Shown here piece by piece: positions 20,366-30,464 of a DNA stretch of 32,478 nt. Below the pieces are notes generated by a model. That model worked only from the letters and a program-made list of their open reading frames with translations, had not been told where the DNA came from and made no database searches. Where the stretch lies: contig DATMBW010000446.1 in assembly GCA_035559095.1 (NCBI GenBank), positions 1 to 32,478 of the forward strand. The letters are read 5' to 3'. Source of the stretch: Ramlibacter sp. Lineage in GTDB: Bacteria > Pseudomonadota > Gammaproteobacteria > Burkholderiales > Burkholderiaceae_C. The number at the start of each line of letters is the position of its first letter. The first letter of the stretch is position 1. A program made the position numbers and the translations under genes.

Positions 20366-21609
20366 CCCGCCGCCGCGTCGTCGTAACCGGTCTGGGCTGC
20401 ATCAGCCCCGTGGGCAACACGGTGGCCGAATCCTGGGCCAACCTGCTTGCCGGCAAACCCGGCATCGACCTGATCACCCGGTTCGATGCCGGCTCTTTTG
20501 CCTGCAAGTTCGCCGGCGAGGTGAAGGGGTTCAGCATCGGGGACTATATCCCCGAGAAGGAAGCCCGCCACATGGACCGTTTCATCCACCTGGGCCTGGC
20601 AGCGGCCTGCCAGGCGGTGGCGGACAGCGGCTTGCCCACGGGCGAGGCGCTCGGGGACGAGCTGGCCACGCGCATCGGCTGCAATATCGGATCGGGCATC
20701 GGCGGGCTGCCGCTGATCGAGGACACGCACTCCGAACTGGTCGCTCGCGGCGCGCGCCGTATCTCCCCGTTCTTTGTGCCGGCCTCGATCATCAACATGA
20801 TCTCCGGGCATGTTTCGATCAAGTACGGTTTCAAGGGCCCCAATATTTCGATCGTCACGGCCTGCACGACCGGCCTGCACGCCATCGGCCTGTCGGCGCG
20901 CATGATCGAAAGCGGCGATGCCGACGTCATGGTCGCCGGTGGCGCGGAATCGTGCGTATCTCCCCTGGGCATCGGCGGCTTCGCGGCGGCGCGCGCCCTG
21001 TCGGTGCGCAACGACGACCCCAAGGCGGCTTCACGGCCATGGGACAAGGACCGGGACGGCTTCGTCCTGGGCGAGGGCGGCGGCGTGCTGGTGCTGGAAG
21101 AGTACGAATACGCCAAGGCGCGAGGCGCCAGGATCTATGCCGAAGTGGCCGGGTTCGGCATGAGCGCCGATGCGTACCACATGACGGCCCCCGACGTGGA
21201 CGGCCCGCGCCGCTCGATGATCAATGCGCTGCGCAACGCCGGCATCAATGCCGACCAGGTCAACTACCTCAACGCACACGGCACCTCCACGCCACTGGGC
21301 GACCTGAACGAGACCAATGCGGTCAAGGCCGCGTTCGGAGATGCGGCCAGGAACCTGGTCGTCAACTCGACCAAGTCGATGACGGGCCACCTGCTGGGCG
21401 GCGCCGGCGGCATCGAATCGGTCTTTACCGTACTGGCCGTCCACCAGCAGAAGAGCCCGCCCACGATCAACATCTTCAACCAGGATCCCGAGTGCGACCT
21501 GGACTACTGCGCCAATACGGCGCGGGACATGCGCATCGACGTCGCCATGAAAAACAACTTCGGTTTCGGCGGCACCAATGGCACCCTCGTTTTCAAGCGC
21601 CTCGAATAG
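20362..21609 (+). CDS. fabF: 3-oxoacyl-ACP synthase II
   Basis: [15 protein letters not shown] (Cys), AHGTST and GHLLGGAG (His-His), NNFGFGGTN. Confidence 0.97.
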   Translation: MTRRRVVVTGLGCISPVGNTVAESWANLLAGKPGIDLITRFDAGSFACKFAGEVKGFSIGDYIPEKEARHMDRFIHLGLAAACQAVADSGLPTGEALGDELATRIGCNIGSGIGGLPLIEDTHSELVARGARRISPFFVPASIINMISGHVSIKYGFKGPNISIVTACTTGLHAIGLSARMIESGDADVMVAGGAESCVSPLGIGGFAAARALSVRNDDPKAASRPWDKDRDGFVLGEGGGVLVLEEYEYAKARGARIYAEVAGFGMSADAYHMTAPDVDGPRRSMINALRNAGINADQVNYLNAHGTSTPLGDLNETNAVKAAFGDAARNLVVNSTKSMTGHLLGGAGGIESVFTVLAVHQQKSPPTINIFNQDPECDLDYCANTARDMRIDVAMKNNFGFGGTNGTLVFKRLE

Positions 21610-21650
21610 TCCTTCTCAGCGATTTCAAGCACTCTTGAAGCCGGGCCGTC

Positions 21651-22109
21651 ATGCATAACGCCCCACCGGTGAGCTACCCGTTGGGGCGTTCGCGTTTTTC
21701 GGCCGGCCTGCTGCTGCTCGTGTGGCTGCTGGGCGGCGCCGCCACAGCCTTGTGGTGGTTGCAGACGCAGTCGACCGGCTGGCGGCACGGCGCGGCCTGG
21801 CTGTTGCTTGCCATCGTTGGCGCCTTTGCGGCATGGCACTGGTGGCACGGCCCCCGCGGCATCCTGGAGTGGGACGGGGAGAGCTGGAGCTGTTCGCTCG
21901 AGCAGGCCGTGCACACCGGCGCGCTCGAGGTCAGCCTCGACTTGCAGCAATGGCTGCTGTTGCGCTGGCGGTCCGGCGATGTGTCACGCTGGTTCTGGCT
22001 GGAACGCGCGGCCCGAGCCGAACGCTGGGATGATTTGCGTCGTGCGGTATATTCCCGCGCCAGACCCGAAGCGCCGCCCGAAGCGCGCCGCTCCACGGCG
22101 AAACCATGA
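21651..22109 (+). CDS. Uncharacterised Trp-rich membrane protein (possibly YgfX-like)
   Basis: 152 aa, two N-terminal hydrophobic helices, C-terminal WDDLRRAVY; fills the fabF-rpoE gap and overlaps the rpoE start (ATGA). Confidence 0.7.
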   Translation: MHNAPPVSYPLGRSRFSAGLLLLVWLLGGAATALWWLQTQSTGWRHGAAWLLLAIVGAFAAWHWWHGPRGILEWDGESWSCSLEQAVHTGALEVSLDLQQWLLLRWRSGDVSRWFWLERAARAERWDDLRRAVYSRARPEAPPEARRSTAKP

Positions 22110-22741
22110 CAAAGACGCCTCACCCCGCCCCTCCCGCGACCGGCGACACCGACCTGATGCTGGTGGAACGGACGGTGGCGGGCGACCAGAAGGCGTACGA
22201 GCTGCTGGTCCTCAAATACCAGCGCCGGATCGAGCGGCTGATTGGCCGGATGGTCCGGGACACCGACCTGGTCGAGGACATAGCGCAGGAGACTTTCATC
22301 CGCGCCTACCGTGCGCTGGCCCAGTTCCGGGGTGAAGCCCAGTTCTATACCTGGCTGTACCGGATCGCCGTGAATACGGCGAAGAAGGCCCTGGGCGACC
22401 TCAAGCGCGACCCCCTGGTCTCGGAAAACTCGATGCGTGGAGGCGACGAGGAAGATGAAACTTCCGCGGTGGAGAACGAACTAACCACCGCGGAAACGCC
22501 AGAAACGGTGCTTGCTGCCAAGGAAATCGCGGCCGCGGTCAACTCGGCCATGGACGCCTTGCCAGAGGAACTGCGCCAGGCGGTGACGCTGCGCGAGATT
22601 GAGGGGCTGAGCTACGAAGAGATCGCGGAAGTGATGAATTGCCCGATCGGCACCGTGCGGTCCCGGATTTTCCGGGCGCGCGAGGCTATTTCCATCAAGA
22701 TCAAGCCCCTGCTGGAAAACCAGTCGGGCAAGCGCTGGTGA
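22106..22741 (+). CDS. rpoE: ECF sigma factor RpoE
   Basis: DIAQETFIRAYRAL, FYTWLYRIAVNTAK, LREIEGLSYEEIA...CPIGTVRSRIFRARE. Confidence 0.97.
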   Translation: MTKTPHPAPPATGDTDLMLVERTVAGDQKAYELLVLKYQRRIERLIGRMVRDTDLVEDIAQETFIRAYRALAQFRGEAQFYTWLYRIAVNTAKKALGDLKRDPLVSENSMRGGDEEDETSAVENELTTAETPETVLAAKEIAAAVNSAMDALPEELRQAVTLREIEGLSYEEIAEVMNCPIGTVRSRIFRAREAISIKIKPLLENQSGKRW

Positions 22742-22765
22742 CGCGCGATGCGGCGAGGTGATGTT

Positions 22766-23362
22766 ATGGACAACATGCAAAAGCACGAACTCATTTCGGC
22801 AATGGCGGACGGGCAGTTGCGCGGCGAGGCGTTCGCGCGGGGAGTTGAAGTTGCGGCCGGCGACCCCGTGGCGCTGGAGGCCTGGCATACCTACCATCTG
22901 ATCGGCGACGTGTTGCGATCCGGCGAATTCACGGCCGGCACCGTCCCCGCAGTCTTTCTCAGCCGCTTGCAAGTGCGTTTGCGGCAGGAGCAGCGCCTCG
23001 TCGACCCTCCGCGGGCCGTGGCTGGTGGGCCCCAGACGGTCGTGCCGCCATCCTCCGCGCAGCGCGCCGCGGCCAACGACTCCAGTTTCCGCTGGAAGCT
23101 GGTGGCCGGCTTTGCGTCGCTCGCCGCGCTGGCCGCCGTCGGCTGGACCGCCTGGGGAGCTATCTCCGGCGTAACCGATCAAGCCCAACTGGCGGCTGTC
23201 CAACGCGGCACGGAATCCGGCGGCAACGAGCGCGGCGTCATGATCCGCGATCCCCGGTTGGATGAATTGCTGGCTGCGCACCGCCAGCTTGGCAGCGCCT
23301 CGGCGTTGCAAGCGCCCGCCGGCTTCCTTCGAAATGCCACCTTCGAAGGACCTGCCCGCTGA
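22766..23362 (+). CDS. rseA: Anti-sigma-E factor RseA/MucA
   Basis: ISAMADGQL, WHTYHLIGDVLR, one TM helix, LLAAHRQ; follows rpoE. Confidence 0.9.
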   Translation: MDNMQKHELISAMADGQLRGEAFARGVEVAAGDPVALEAWHTYHLIGDVLRSGEFTAGTVPAVFLSRLQVRLRQEQRLVDPPRAVAGGPQTVVPPSSAQRAAANDSSFRWKLVAGFASLAALAAVGWTAWGAISGVTDQAQLAAVQRGTESGGNERGVMIRDPRLDELLAAHRQLGSASALQAPAGFLRNATFEGPAR

Positions 23363-23378
23363 GGCGGCCGGCGAAGGC

Positions 23379-24428
23379 ATGGGATACAAGGTCACGCCAG
23401 GAAAGTTTCTTGCAGGCTGCGGCATCGCCGCTCTTTGTGCCTTTTGCATGGCCGGGCTGGCCGCGGCCCAGGTCCCGGCCCCGGCCCCTCGGAGCCAGCA
23501 GGCGGCGCCTGGCCAGGCCAGACCCGAACGCAGCGTCAGCGAATGGCTGGCGCGCATGCACGAGGCTTCGCGCCTGCGCAGTTACGCCGGCACCTTCGTC
23601 GTGTCCTCGGGTGCAGGCCTGTCGAGCGCGCGCATCTGGCATGCGTGCGACGGCCAGCAGCAACTCGAGCGGGTGGAATCGTTGACCGGTGCACCACGTT
23701 CGACTTTCCGCCGCAACGAACAGGTGGTCACTTTCCTGCCCGAGAGCCGCGTAGTGCGGATCGACAGGCGCGAGTCGCTGGGATTGTTCCCCGACCTGCT
23801 CAAGTCGGCCGAATCCTCCATCCCCGACTTCTATACCGCGCGGCGGTTGGGCGGGGACCGCGTCGCCGGTTTCGAAGCCGACGTGGTCGAGCTCGCGGCC
23901 AGGGACAACCTTCGCTTCGGTTATCGCATCTGGATTGAAAAGCGCATCGGGCTGGTGATCAAGCTCCAGACCATGGATGGCGCGGGCAACGTGCTGGAGC
24001 AGGCCGCTTTTTCCGAGCTGCAACTGGACGCTCCCGTGCGCATCGACCAGCTCAGCCGGATGATGGCCGCCCCTGAAGGCTGGCGCGTCGAAAAGGCGGA
24101 GGCGGTCAAGACCAGCGCGGAGGCCGAAGGCTGGCACCTGAAGTCGGCCGTGGCCGGATTCAAGCCGATCAACTGCTACAAGCGGCCGCTGGCCGGGCCG
24201 CCGGCGCCCGAGGGAACTCTCCAGTGGATCTTCTCGGACGGCTTGGCGGCGGTCTCGCTCTTTCTCGAAGGCTATGACCGCCAGCGGCACGTCCAGGAAG
24301 GTGTGTTCGCAAGCGGCGCCACGCACACGCTCACGCGCCGCGTCCAGGAGTGGTGGCTCACCGCTGTGGGCGAGGTGCCGCCGCAGACCCTGAAGGCATT
24401 CGCGCAGAGCCTTGAGCGCCGAAGATAA
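23379..24428 (+). CDS. rseB: RseB/MucB periplasmic regulator
   Basis: Signal peptide; SYAGTFV, RVAG, RFGYRIW, FSDGLAAVSLF, TAVGEVP. Confidence 0.9.
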   Translation: MGYKVTPGKFLAGCGIAALCAFCMAGLAAAQVPAPAPRSQQAAPGQARPERSVSEWLARMHEASRLRSYAGTFVVSSGAGLSSARIWHACDGQQQLERVESLTGAPRSTFRRNEQVVTFLPESRVVRIDRRESLGLFPDLLKSAESSIPDFYTARRLGGDRVAGFEADVVELAARDNLRFGYRIWIEKRIGLVIKLQTMDGAGNVLEQAAFSELQLDAPVRIDQLSRMMAAPEGWRVEKAEAVKTSAEAEGWHLKSAVAGFKPINCYKRPLAGPPAPEGTLQWIFSDGLAAVSLFLEGYDRQRHVQEGVFASGATHTLTRRVQEWWLTAVGEVPPQTLKAFAQSLERRR

Positions 24429-24475
24429 GCCCCCAGATTCCCGCGAATGTGCGATGGTTCCCTGGTTGACGCTGC

Positions 24476-24502
24476 GAACCATTTGACCGCTTTGTGTTCT
24501 CA
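24476..24502 (+). promoter_or_regulatory. Putative sigmaE-dependent promoter for degP
   Basis: GAACCA-N16-TCTCA resembles the RpoE consensus GAACTT-N16/17-TC(T/A)(G/A)A, 27 bp upstream of the degP ATG. Confidence 0.6.
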
Positions 24503-24529
24503 GCTTTATCTCTGAAGTGAAAGGTCGAT

Positions 24530-25996
24530 ATGGTGAAAGTCGATTGGAAAAAAGTGCGTGCCTACGGGGTGGCCATCGCCCTGGCGGTATCGGGCACGGT
24601 GGCGTTGATGCCCGCCAGGCCCGTGGTGGCGCAGGCCAGGTCGTTGCCGGATTTCACGGACCTGGTCGAGCAGGTCGGCCCGTCGGTGGTCAACATTCGC
24701 ACGATCGAACGCACTCGCAGCGGCAGTTCCGCCCCGGGAGGGATGGACGAGGAGATGCAGGAATTCTTCCGCCGGTTCTTCGGCCAGCCCCTGCCCGGCG
24801 TTCCTCGGCCGTCCCCTCGTCCCAATCGCCCGCAACCCGATGAGGAGCAGCCGCGCGGCGTCGGCTCCGGATTCATCCTGACCACCGACGGGTTCGTCAT
24901 GACCAACGCGCACGTGGTGGACGGAGCCGACGAGGTGCTCGTGACGCTGACCGACAAGCGCGAGTTCAAGGCCCGGATCGTGGGCTTCGACAAGCGCACC
25001 GACGTGGCCGTGGTCAAGATCGAAGCCGCGGGTCTGCCGGCGGTGAAGGTCGGCGACGTCAATCGGCTGCGCGTGGGCGAGTGGGTCATGGCCATCGGTT
25101 CGCCGTTCGGCCTGGAAAACACCGTGACCGCCGGGATTGTCAGCGCCAAGGGCCGCGACACCGGCGACTACCTGCCTTTCATCCAGACCGACGTGGCGAT
25201 CAATCCCGGCAATTCCGGCGGCCCGCTCATCAACATGCGCGGCGAGGTGGTCGGTATCAACAGCCAGATCTATTCGCGCTCGGGCGGCTTCATGGGCATC
25301 TCGTTCGCCATCCCCATGGATGAGGCGATCCGCATCAGCGACCAGCTGCGTGCCTCGGGCCGGGTGTCGCGCGGCCGCATCGGCGTGCAGATCGACCAGG
25401 TCACCAAGGACGTGGCCGAATCGATCGGGCTGGGCAAGGCGCAAGGCGCTCTGGTGCGAAGCGTTGAAAGCGGATCGCCCGCCGAGAAAGCCGGCGTCGA
25501 GGCGGGCGACATCATCGTGCGTTTCGACGGCAAGATGATCGAGAAGGCCTCCGACCTGCCGCGCATGGTGGGCAGCACAAAGCCGGGCACGCGCAGCAGC
25601 ATGACGGTGTTCCGTCGCGGCGGCTCCAAGGACCTCGGCGTCACGATCGCCGAGTTCGAACCCGAGAAGCCCGTGCGGCGCACCTCGGATAAGGAAGAAA
25701 AGCCCAAGGGTTCTCCCGCGGCGCAATCGGTGGGCCTGTCGGTGAGCGAGCTGACGGATGCACAGAGGAAGGAGCTCAAGCTCAAAGGCGGCGTGAAGGT
25801 CGAGGCTGTGGCCGATAGCGCCGCACGCGCGGGCATTCGCGAAGGCGACATCATCGTGGCCATCGGCAATACGGAGATCGGCAGCGTCAAGGAGTTCGAC
25901 GCGGTGGTGGCCAAGGTCGACAAGACCAAGCCGATCCCGGTGCTGCTGCGCCGCGGCGAATTGGCCACTTACGCGCTGATCCGTCCCGCCCGCTAA
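24530..25996 (+). CDS. DegP/MucD (Do family) serine endoprotease with two PDZ domains
   Basis: Signal peptide; GSGFI, TNAHVV (His), TDVAV (Asp), AINPGNSGGPL (Ser); two PDZ domains. Confidence 0.96.
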   Translation: MVKVDWKKVRAYGVAIALAVSGTVALMPARPVVAQARSLPDFTDLVEQVGPSVVNIRTIERTRSGSSAPGGMDEEMQEFFRRFFGQPLPGVPRPSPRPNRPQPDEEQPRGVGSGFILTTDGFVMTNAHVVDGADEVLVTLTDKREFKARIVGFDKRTDVAVVKIEAAGLPAVKVGDVNRLRVGEWVMAIGSPFGLENTVTAGIVSAKGRDTGDYLPFIQTDVAINPGNSGGPLINMRGEVVGINSQIYSRSGGFMGISFAIPMDEAIRISDQLRASGRVSRGRIGVQIDQVTKDVAESIGLGKAQGALVRSVESGSPAEKAGVEAGDIIVRFDGKMIEKASDLPRMVGSTKPGTRSSMTVFRRGGSKDLGVTIAEFEPEKPVRRTSDKEEKPKGSPAAQSVGLSVSELTDAQRKELKLKGGVKVEAVADSAARAGIREGDIIVAIGNTEIGSVKEFDAVVAKVDKTKPIPVLLRRGELATYALIRPAR

Positions 25997-26015
25997 GGCT
26001 CAGCCGCTTTTGCGC

Positions 26016-26050
26016 AAAGCCCCAGCCCGTGGTCGGGTTTGGGGCTTTTT
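26016..26050 (+). terminator. Intrinsic terminator after degP
   Basis: AAAGCCCCAGCCCG-tggt-CGGGTTTGGGGCTTT hairpin ending in a T run. Confidence 0.75.
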
Positions 26051-26236
26051 GGTTCGAGTCACCGAAAAAAAACGGGCGCCCAGAAATATTTTTCAGACAT
26101 CCGAGGGCTTGTTTAAGTTTGTATTTACTAACTTTATGGCGAGGCTATTTACATTTTTGGATAGAATCGCGAGACCTCATCGGCGAATAAGGGCATATCG
26201 AAAAGTGCCGAAACCACCATACGAGATGGAACGCCA

Positions 26237-26315
26237 TGGTGCACATCCGATCCACAGATCGCCCACAAGTTGTCCCAGCGCTTGCCCCCTAATTTTGTTG
26301 ATAAGTTGTGCATAA
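26237..26315. promoter_or_regulatory. DnaA-box array
   Basis: Minus-strand TTATGCACA (26307-26315, consensus TTATNCACA) and TTATCAACA (26296-26304, one mismatch); degenerate plus-strand boxes at 26237, 26248, 26259 and 26270; 11-bp spacing within each group. Confidence 0.6.
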
Positions 26316-26430
26316 CATTCATGTTGCTGCCCTGCAACGGCCCGGTTTGCCCGTCGGTTCGACTGTACGCCCTGGGCTTTTTGCCTACAATGAAGCTCCA
26401 ACTATCGCAGTTGCCATAGATTGTTGGTTT

Positions 26431-26467
26431 AGGGCGCGTCATCACTCGACGCGCCCTTTTTTCTTTT
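26431..26467 (+). terminator. Terminator-like hairpin in lepA upstream region
   Basis: Perfect 10-bp stem AGGGCGCGTC/GACGCGCCCT, 7-nt loop, then TTTTTCTTTT. Confidence 0.65.
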
Positions 26468-26507
26468 CCGGCGCCGTTTGAATTCAATCACTTAAGCGTT
26501 CCCGTTG

Positions 26508-28319
26508 ATGAATCACATCAGAAACTTCTCGATCATCGCGCACATCGATCACGGAAAATCGACGCTCGCGGACCGCTTGATCCAGCGATGCGGCGGCCTG
26601 TCGGATCGGGAGATGGAAGAGCAGGTGCTCGACTCGATGGACCTCGAACGCGAACGTGGGATAACCATCAAGGCACAGACCGCTTCGCTGCATTACTCGG
26701 CACGCGATGGGCAGGTCTACAACCTCAATCTGATCGACACGCCGGGCCATGTGGACTTCTCGTACGAGGTCTCCCGATCGTTGTCCGCCTGCGAAGGCGC
26801 GCTGCTTGTGGTCGACGCGAGCCAGGGCGTGGAAGCGCAGACCGTCGCCAACTGCTACACCGCACTGGACCTGGGTGTCGAGGTCGTGCCGGTACTCAAC
26901 AAGATGGATCTGCCCCAGGCCGATCCCGAGAACGCGAAAGTGGAAATCGAGGACGTGATCGGCATCGACGCCGAGCATGCGATCCCCTGCTCGGCCAAGA
27001 CCGGCATGGGCATCGAAGACATCCTCGAGGCGATCGTGGCGCGCATCCCGGCGCCGCGCGGCAACCCCGGGGGTCCGCTGCGCGCGATGATCATCGACAG
27101 CTGGTTCGACAGCTACGTCGGCGTCGTCATGCTCGTGCGCGTGGTGGACGGGCGCCTGGTCAAGGGCGAACGGATCAAGCTCATGGCCACCGGCGCCACC
27201 TACGACGCCGACAACCTGGGGGTCTTCACCCCCGCCAACGAAGCGCGCGGATCGCTGGAGGCGGGGGAGGTCGGCTACATCATCGCCGGCATCAAGGAAC
27301 TGCAGGCCGCCAAGGTCGGCGATACGGTCACGCTGATCAAGCCGGGTACCGGCGGTGCCGCCTTCACCGCCACCGAGCCCCTGCCGGGCTTCAAGGAAAT
27401 CCAGCCGCAGGTTTTCGCCGGTCTGTATCCGACGGAAGCCAATCAGTACGACTCGCTGCGCGACGCCCTTGAAAAACTCAAGCTCAACGACGCGTCGCTG
27501 CATTACGAGCCGGAAGTCAGCCAGGCGCTGGGTTTTGGCTTTCGCTGCGGCTTCCTCGGACTGCTGCACATGGAAATCGTGCAGGAACGCCTGGAGCGCG
27601 AATTCGACCAGGACCTGATCACCACGGCTCCGAGCGTGGTGTACCAGGTGCTCAAGGCCGACGGCGAAATGCTGATGGTGGAGAACCCATCCAAAATTCC
27701 GGACCAGGGCAAGGTCCTGGAGATCCGCGAGCCCATCGTCACGGTGCATCTGTACATGCCGCAGGAATACGTGGGCCCGGTGATGACGCTGGCCAACCAG
27801 AAACGCGGCGTGCAGCTGAACATGGCCTATCACGGCAAGCAGGTGATGCTGACCTACGAGCTGCCGTTGGGCGAAATCGTGCTGGACTTCTTCGACAAGC
27901 TCAAGTCAGTCAGCCGCGGCTATGCCTCGATGGATTACACGTTCAAGGAGTTCCGGGCTTCCGACGTCGTGAAGGTCGACATCCTGCTCAACGGCGAAAA
28001 AGTGGACGCGCTTTCCATCATCGTGCACCGAAGCCAGTCGCAGTACCGTGGCCGCGCCGTGGTGTCGAAGATGCGCGAAATCATCAGCCGGCAGATGTTC
28101 GACGTGGCGATCCAGGCAGCCATCGGTTCCAACATCATTGCCCGCGAGACCATCAAGGCGCTGCGCAAGAACGTGCTGGCAAAATGCTACGGCGGCGACA
28201 TCACCCGCAAGCGCAAGCTCCTCGAAAAACAGAAGGCAGGCAAGAAAAGAATGAAGCAGATCGGTTCGGTCGAAGTCCCCCAGGAAGCGTTTCTCGCGAT
28301 CTTGCAGGTGGAGGAATGA
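26508..28319 (+). CDS. lepA: Elongation factor 4 (LepA)
   Basis: [64 protein letters not shown]. Confidence 0.99.
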   Translation: MNHIRNFSIIAHIDHGKSTLADRLIQRCGGLSDREMEEQVLDSMDLERERGITIKAQTASLHYSARDGQVYNLNLIDTPGHVDFSYEVSRSLSACEGALLVVDASQGVEAQTVANCYTALDLGVEVVPVLNKMDLPQADPENAKVEIEDVIGIDAEHAIPCSAKTGMGIEDILEAIVARIPAPRGNPGGPLRAMIIDSWFDSYVGVVMLVRVVDGRLVKGERIKLMATGATYDADNLGVFTPANEARGSLEAGEVGYIIAGIKELQAAKVGDTVTLIKPGTGGAAFTATEPLPGFKEIQPQVFAGLYPTEANQYDSLRDALEKLKLNDASLHYEPEVSQALGFGFRCGFLGLLHMEIVQERLEREFDQDLITTAPSVVYQVLKADGEMLMVENPSKIPDQGKVLEIREPIVTVHLYMPQEYVGPVMTLANQKRGVQLNMAYHGKQVMLTYELPLGEIVLDFFDKLKSVSRGYASMDYTFKEFRASDVVKVDILLNGEKVDALSIIVHRSQSQYRGRAVVSKMREIISRQMFDVAIQAAIGSNIIARETIKALRKNVLAKCYGGDITRKRKLLEKQKAGKKRMKQIGSVEVPQEAFLAILQVEE

Positions 28320-28414
28320 GTCCCCGCGTCCACGGTCGGTCGCTGCCCCCCGGGGGAGCCGGGTGCCGCGGCTCCAGGCCTGCCCGCGCAGGATTGGACG
28401 GGGCGGCATCATGA
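28316..28414 (+). repeat. Interspersed element copy C (lepA-lepB junction) with 32-aa bridging ORF
   Basis: GAGTCCCCGCGT...TCGCTGCCCCCCGGGGG...GGCTCCA; flanked by ATGA direct repeats at 28316 and 28411. Confidence 0.65.
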
Positions 28415-29379
28415 TGCAGGCTGTGACGGCTGCGATCCTCGCGGCGTTCGCCGGTTACGCGGGCGCCTGGTACCTCGGCATCGTGGAGGGGAATTTCGCC
28501 CTGCTGCTGTTCCTGGCCACCGTGGTCACGGGGCTGTACTGGCTGGCCGAGCGGCTGTATTTCCTGCCGCAGCGCGAGCTGGCCGCGAACCGCCTGGAGG
28601 CGCAAGCGGCCCGGCGGCACGCGGACCTCGCGGCCAGGGGCATCACCCAGGTCGACGGCGACGTGGCGCAGGCCCGGCAGCGGCTGCTGACGCAGCCCTG
28701 GTGGCTGGACTGGACCGCGGGCCTGTTCCCGGTGATCCTGGCCGTGTTCGTGTTGCGCTCGTTCCTGTTCGAGCCCTTCAAGATCCCGTCCGGCTCGATG
28801 ATCCCGACGCTGCTGGTGGGCGACCTCATCCTGGTGAACAAATTCGCCTACGGCGTGCGGCTGCCGGTCATCAACACCAAGCTGACCGACGGGACCCCGC
28901 CGCAGCGCGGTGACGTCATGGTGTTCCGCTACCCGCCCAAGCCAAGCCTGGACTACATCAAGCGGGTGGTGGGTGTGCCGGGTGACGAGGTGGCGTACCT
29001 GAACAAGAATCTGACGGTCAACGGCCAGCCCGTGCCCAAGAAGTCCCTTCCGGATTTCTTCGACGAAGACGCGATGCTTTATTTCAAGCAGTTCGAGGAA
29101 GTGCTGGGCGACAAGCGCCATCGCGTCCTCAATGACGACAACCGGCCGGCCTTCATTCCGGGCGTCGAGGACTTCCAGTTCAAGCAGAATTGCCGCTACA
29201 GTGTGGAGGGCGTCGTCTGCAAGGTGCCCGAGGGACACTTTTTCATGATGGGCGACAACCGCGATAATTCGCTGGATTCGCGCTACTGGGGTTTCGTGCC
29301 CGACCGCAATATCGTGGGCAAGGCCTTTTTCATCTGGATGAATTTCGGCAGTTTCAAGCGGATCGGGTCGTTCGAATAA
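28411..29379 (+). CDS. lepB: Signal peptidase I
   Basis: EPFKIPSGSMIPTL (Ser), DYIKRVVG (Lys), MGDNRDNSLDSRYWG. Confidence 0.97.
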   Translation: MMQAVTAAILAAFAGYAGAWYLGIVEGNFALLLFLATVVTGLYWLAERLYFLPQRELAANRLEAQAARRHADLAARGITQVDGDVAQARQRLLTQPWWLDWTAGLFPVILAVFVLRSFLFEPFKIPSGSMIPTLLVGDLILVNKFAYGVRLPVINTKLTDGTPPQRGDVMVFRYPPKPSLDYIKRVVGVPGDEVAYLNKNLTVNGQPVPKKSLPDFFDEDAMLYFKQFEEVLGDKRHRVLNDDNRPAFIPGVEDFQFKQNCRYSVEGVVCKVPEGHFFMMGDNRDNSLDSRYWGFVPDRNIVGKAFFIWMNFGSFKRIGSFE

Positions 29380-29410
29380 GTTTTGGTTCTTTGCTTCGAG
29401 GGGCTGGAAA

Positions 29411-29764
29411 ATGAAGCGTGGTTTCAAGCCGAGACAGCTCGGCATTTCCTTTGTCGGACTGCTGTTCGTGGTGGGCGTGCTGGCCTCGCTTGCCGTTCTG
29501 GGGGCGCAGGTCTTTCCCACGGTGGTGGAGTACCAGGCGATTCTCAAGGCCGCCCAAAAAGCCTCCGAGGGGAATACGGTGCCGGAGGTCAGGCGGATCT
29601 TCGACAAGGCGGGAGACATCGACGACTTCAAGTCGATCAGCGGCAAGGACCTTGACATCTCGAAGAATGGCGACAAGGTCGTGGTGAAGTTCGCCTACAC
29701 CCGCGAGATCCACATGTTCGGCCCCGCTTTCCTGCTGCTGAAGTACGCGGGACAGTCCAAGTAG
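29411..29764 (+). CDS. DUF4845-like small membrane-anchored protein
   Basis: Pilin-like N-terminus ([11 protein letters not shown] followed by a TM helix); typical position between lepB and rnc. Confidence 0.75.
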   Translation: MKRGFKPRQLGISFVGLLFVVGVLASLAVLGAQVFPTVVEYQAILKAAQKASEGNTVPEVRRIFDKAGDIDDFKSISGKDLDISKNGDKVVVKFAYTREIHMFGPAFLLLKYAGQSK

Positions 29765-29780
29765 GCCAAGCAAGGCAAAC

Positions 29781-30464
29781 GTGGATGGCCAGCTCGTTGC
29801 ACTGCAAGCGCGCTTGCAGCACCGGTTCACCGACCGCCAGCTTCTGGCACGGGCGCTGACTCACCGCAGCTTTTCGGCCGACCACAACGAACGGCTGGAA
29901 TTCCTGGGCGATTCGGTCCTGAACCTGGCCGTCGCCGCCCTGTTGTACGACCGGCTGAAGGCGCTTCCCGAAGGCGACCTGTCCCGGGTGCGGGCCAACC
30001 TGGTCAAGCAGGACACGCTGCATCAGCTCGCCGTCGGCCTGGGATTGCCCGAGCTCATGCGCCTGGGTGAAGGGGAGATGCGTTCGGGCGGCAGCCGGCG
30101 CCCCTCGATCCTCGCCGACGCGCTCGAAGCGGTGGTTGGCGCGGTTTACCTCGATGGCGGCTACGCGGCGGCCGAGGCGCTCGTGCGGCGCCTGTTCGAA
30201 GACGTCGAGATCAATCCGAACATGGCGGCCACAGCCAAGGATCCGAAGACCGAACTGCAGGAGTGGCTGCAAGGCCGCAAGCTCAAGCTGCCGGTCTACC
30301 GCGTCGCCGCAACGCTGGGAGCCGCTCACAAGCAGACGTTCGACGTGGAATGCGAAATTGTCGAGCTCGGTGCCGTGGAGCGCGGCATCGGCGCCTCGCG
30401 CCGTGCGGGCGAGCAGGCCGCCGCGGCGGCCATGCTGCTGGCGCTGAAGGCCAAGGCCAGGTGA
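29781..30464 (+). CDS. rnc: Ribonuclease III
   Basis: [24 protein letters not shown], ds[15 protein letters not shown]. Confidence 0.98.
   Translation: MDGQLVALQARLQHRFTDRQLLARALTHRSFSADHNERLEFLGDSVLNLAVAALLYDRLKALPEGDLSRVRANLVKQDTLHQLAVGLGLPELMRLGEGEMRSGGSRRPSILADALEAVVGAVYLDGGYAAAEALVRRLFEDVEINPNMAATAKDPKTELQEWLQGRKLKLPVYRVAATLGAAHKQTFDVECEIVELGAVERGIGASRRAGEQAAAAAMLLALKAKAR

Noticed and set aside
26010-26487. ORFs of 74-112 aa in the degP-lepA gap
   Set aside because: Atypical codon usage, non-ATG or unsupported starts, and overlap with terminators and DnaA boxes; the region is better explained as regulatory.
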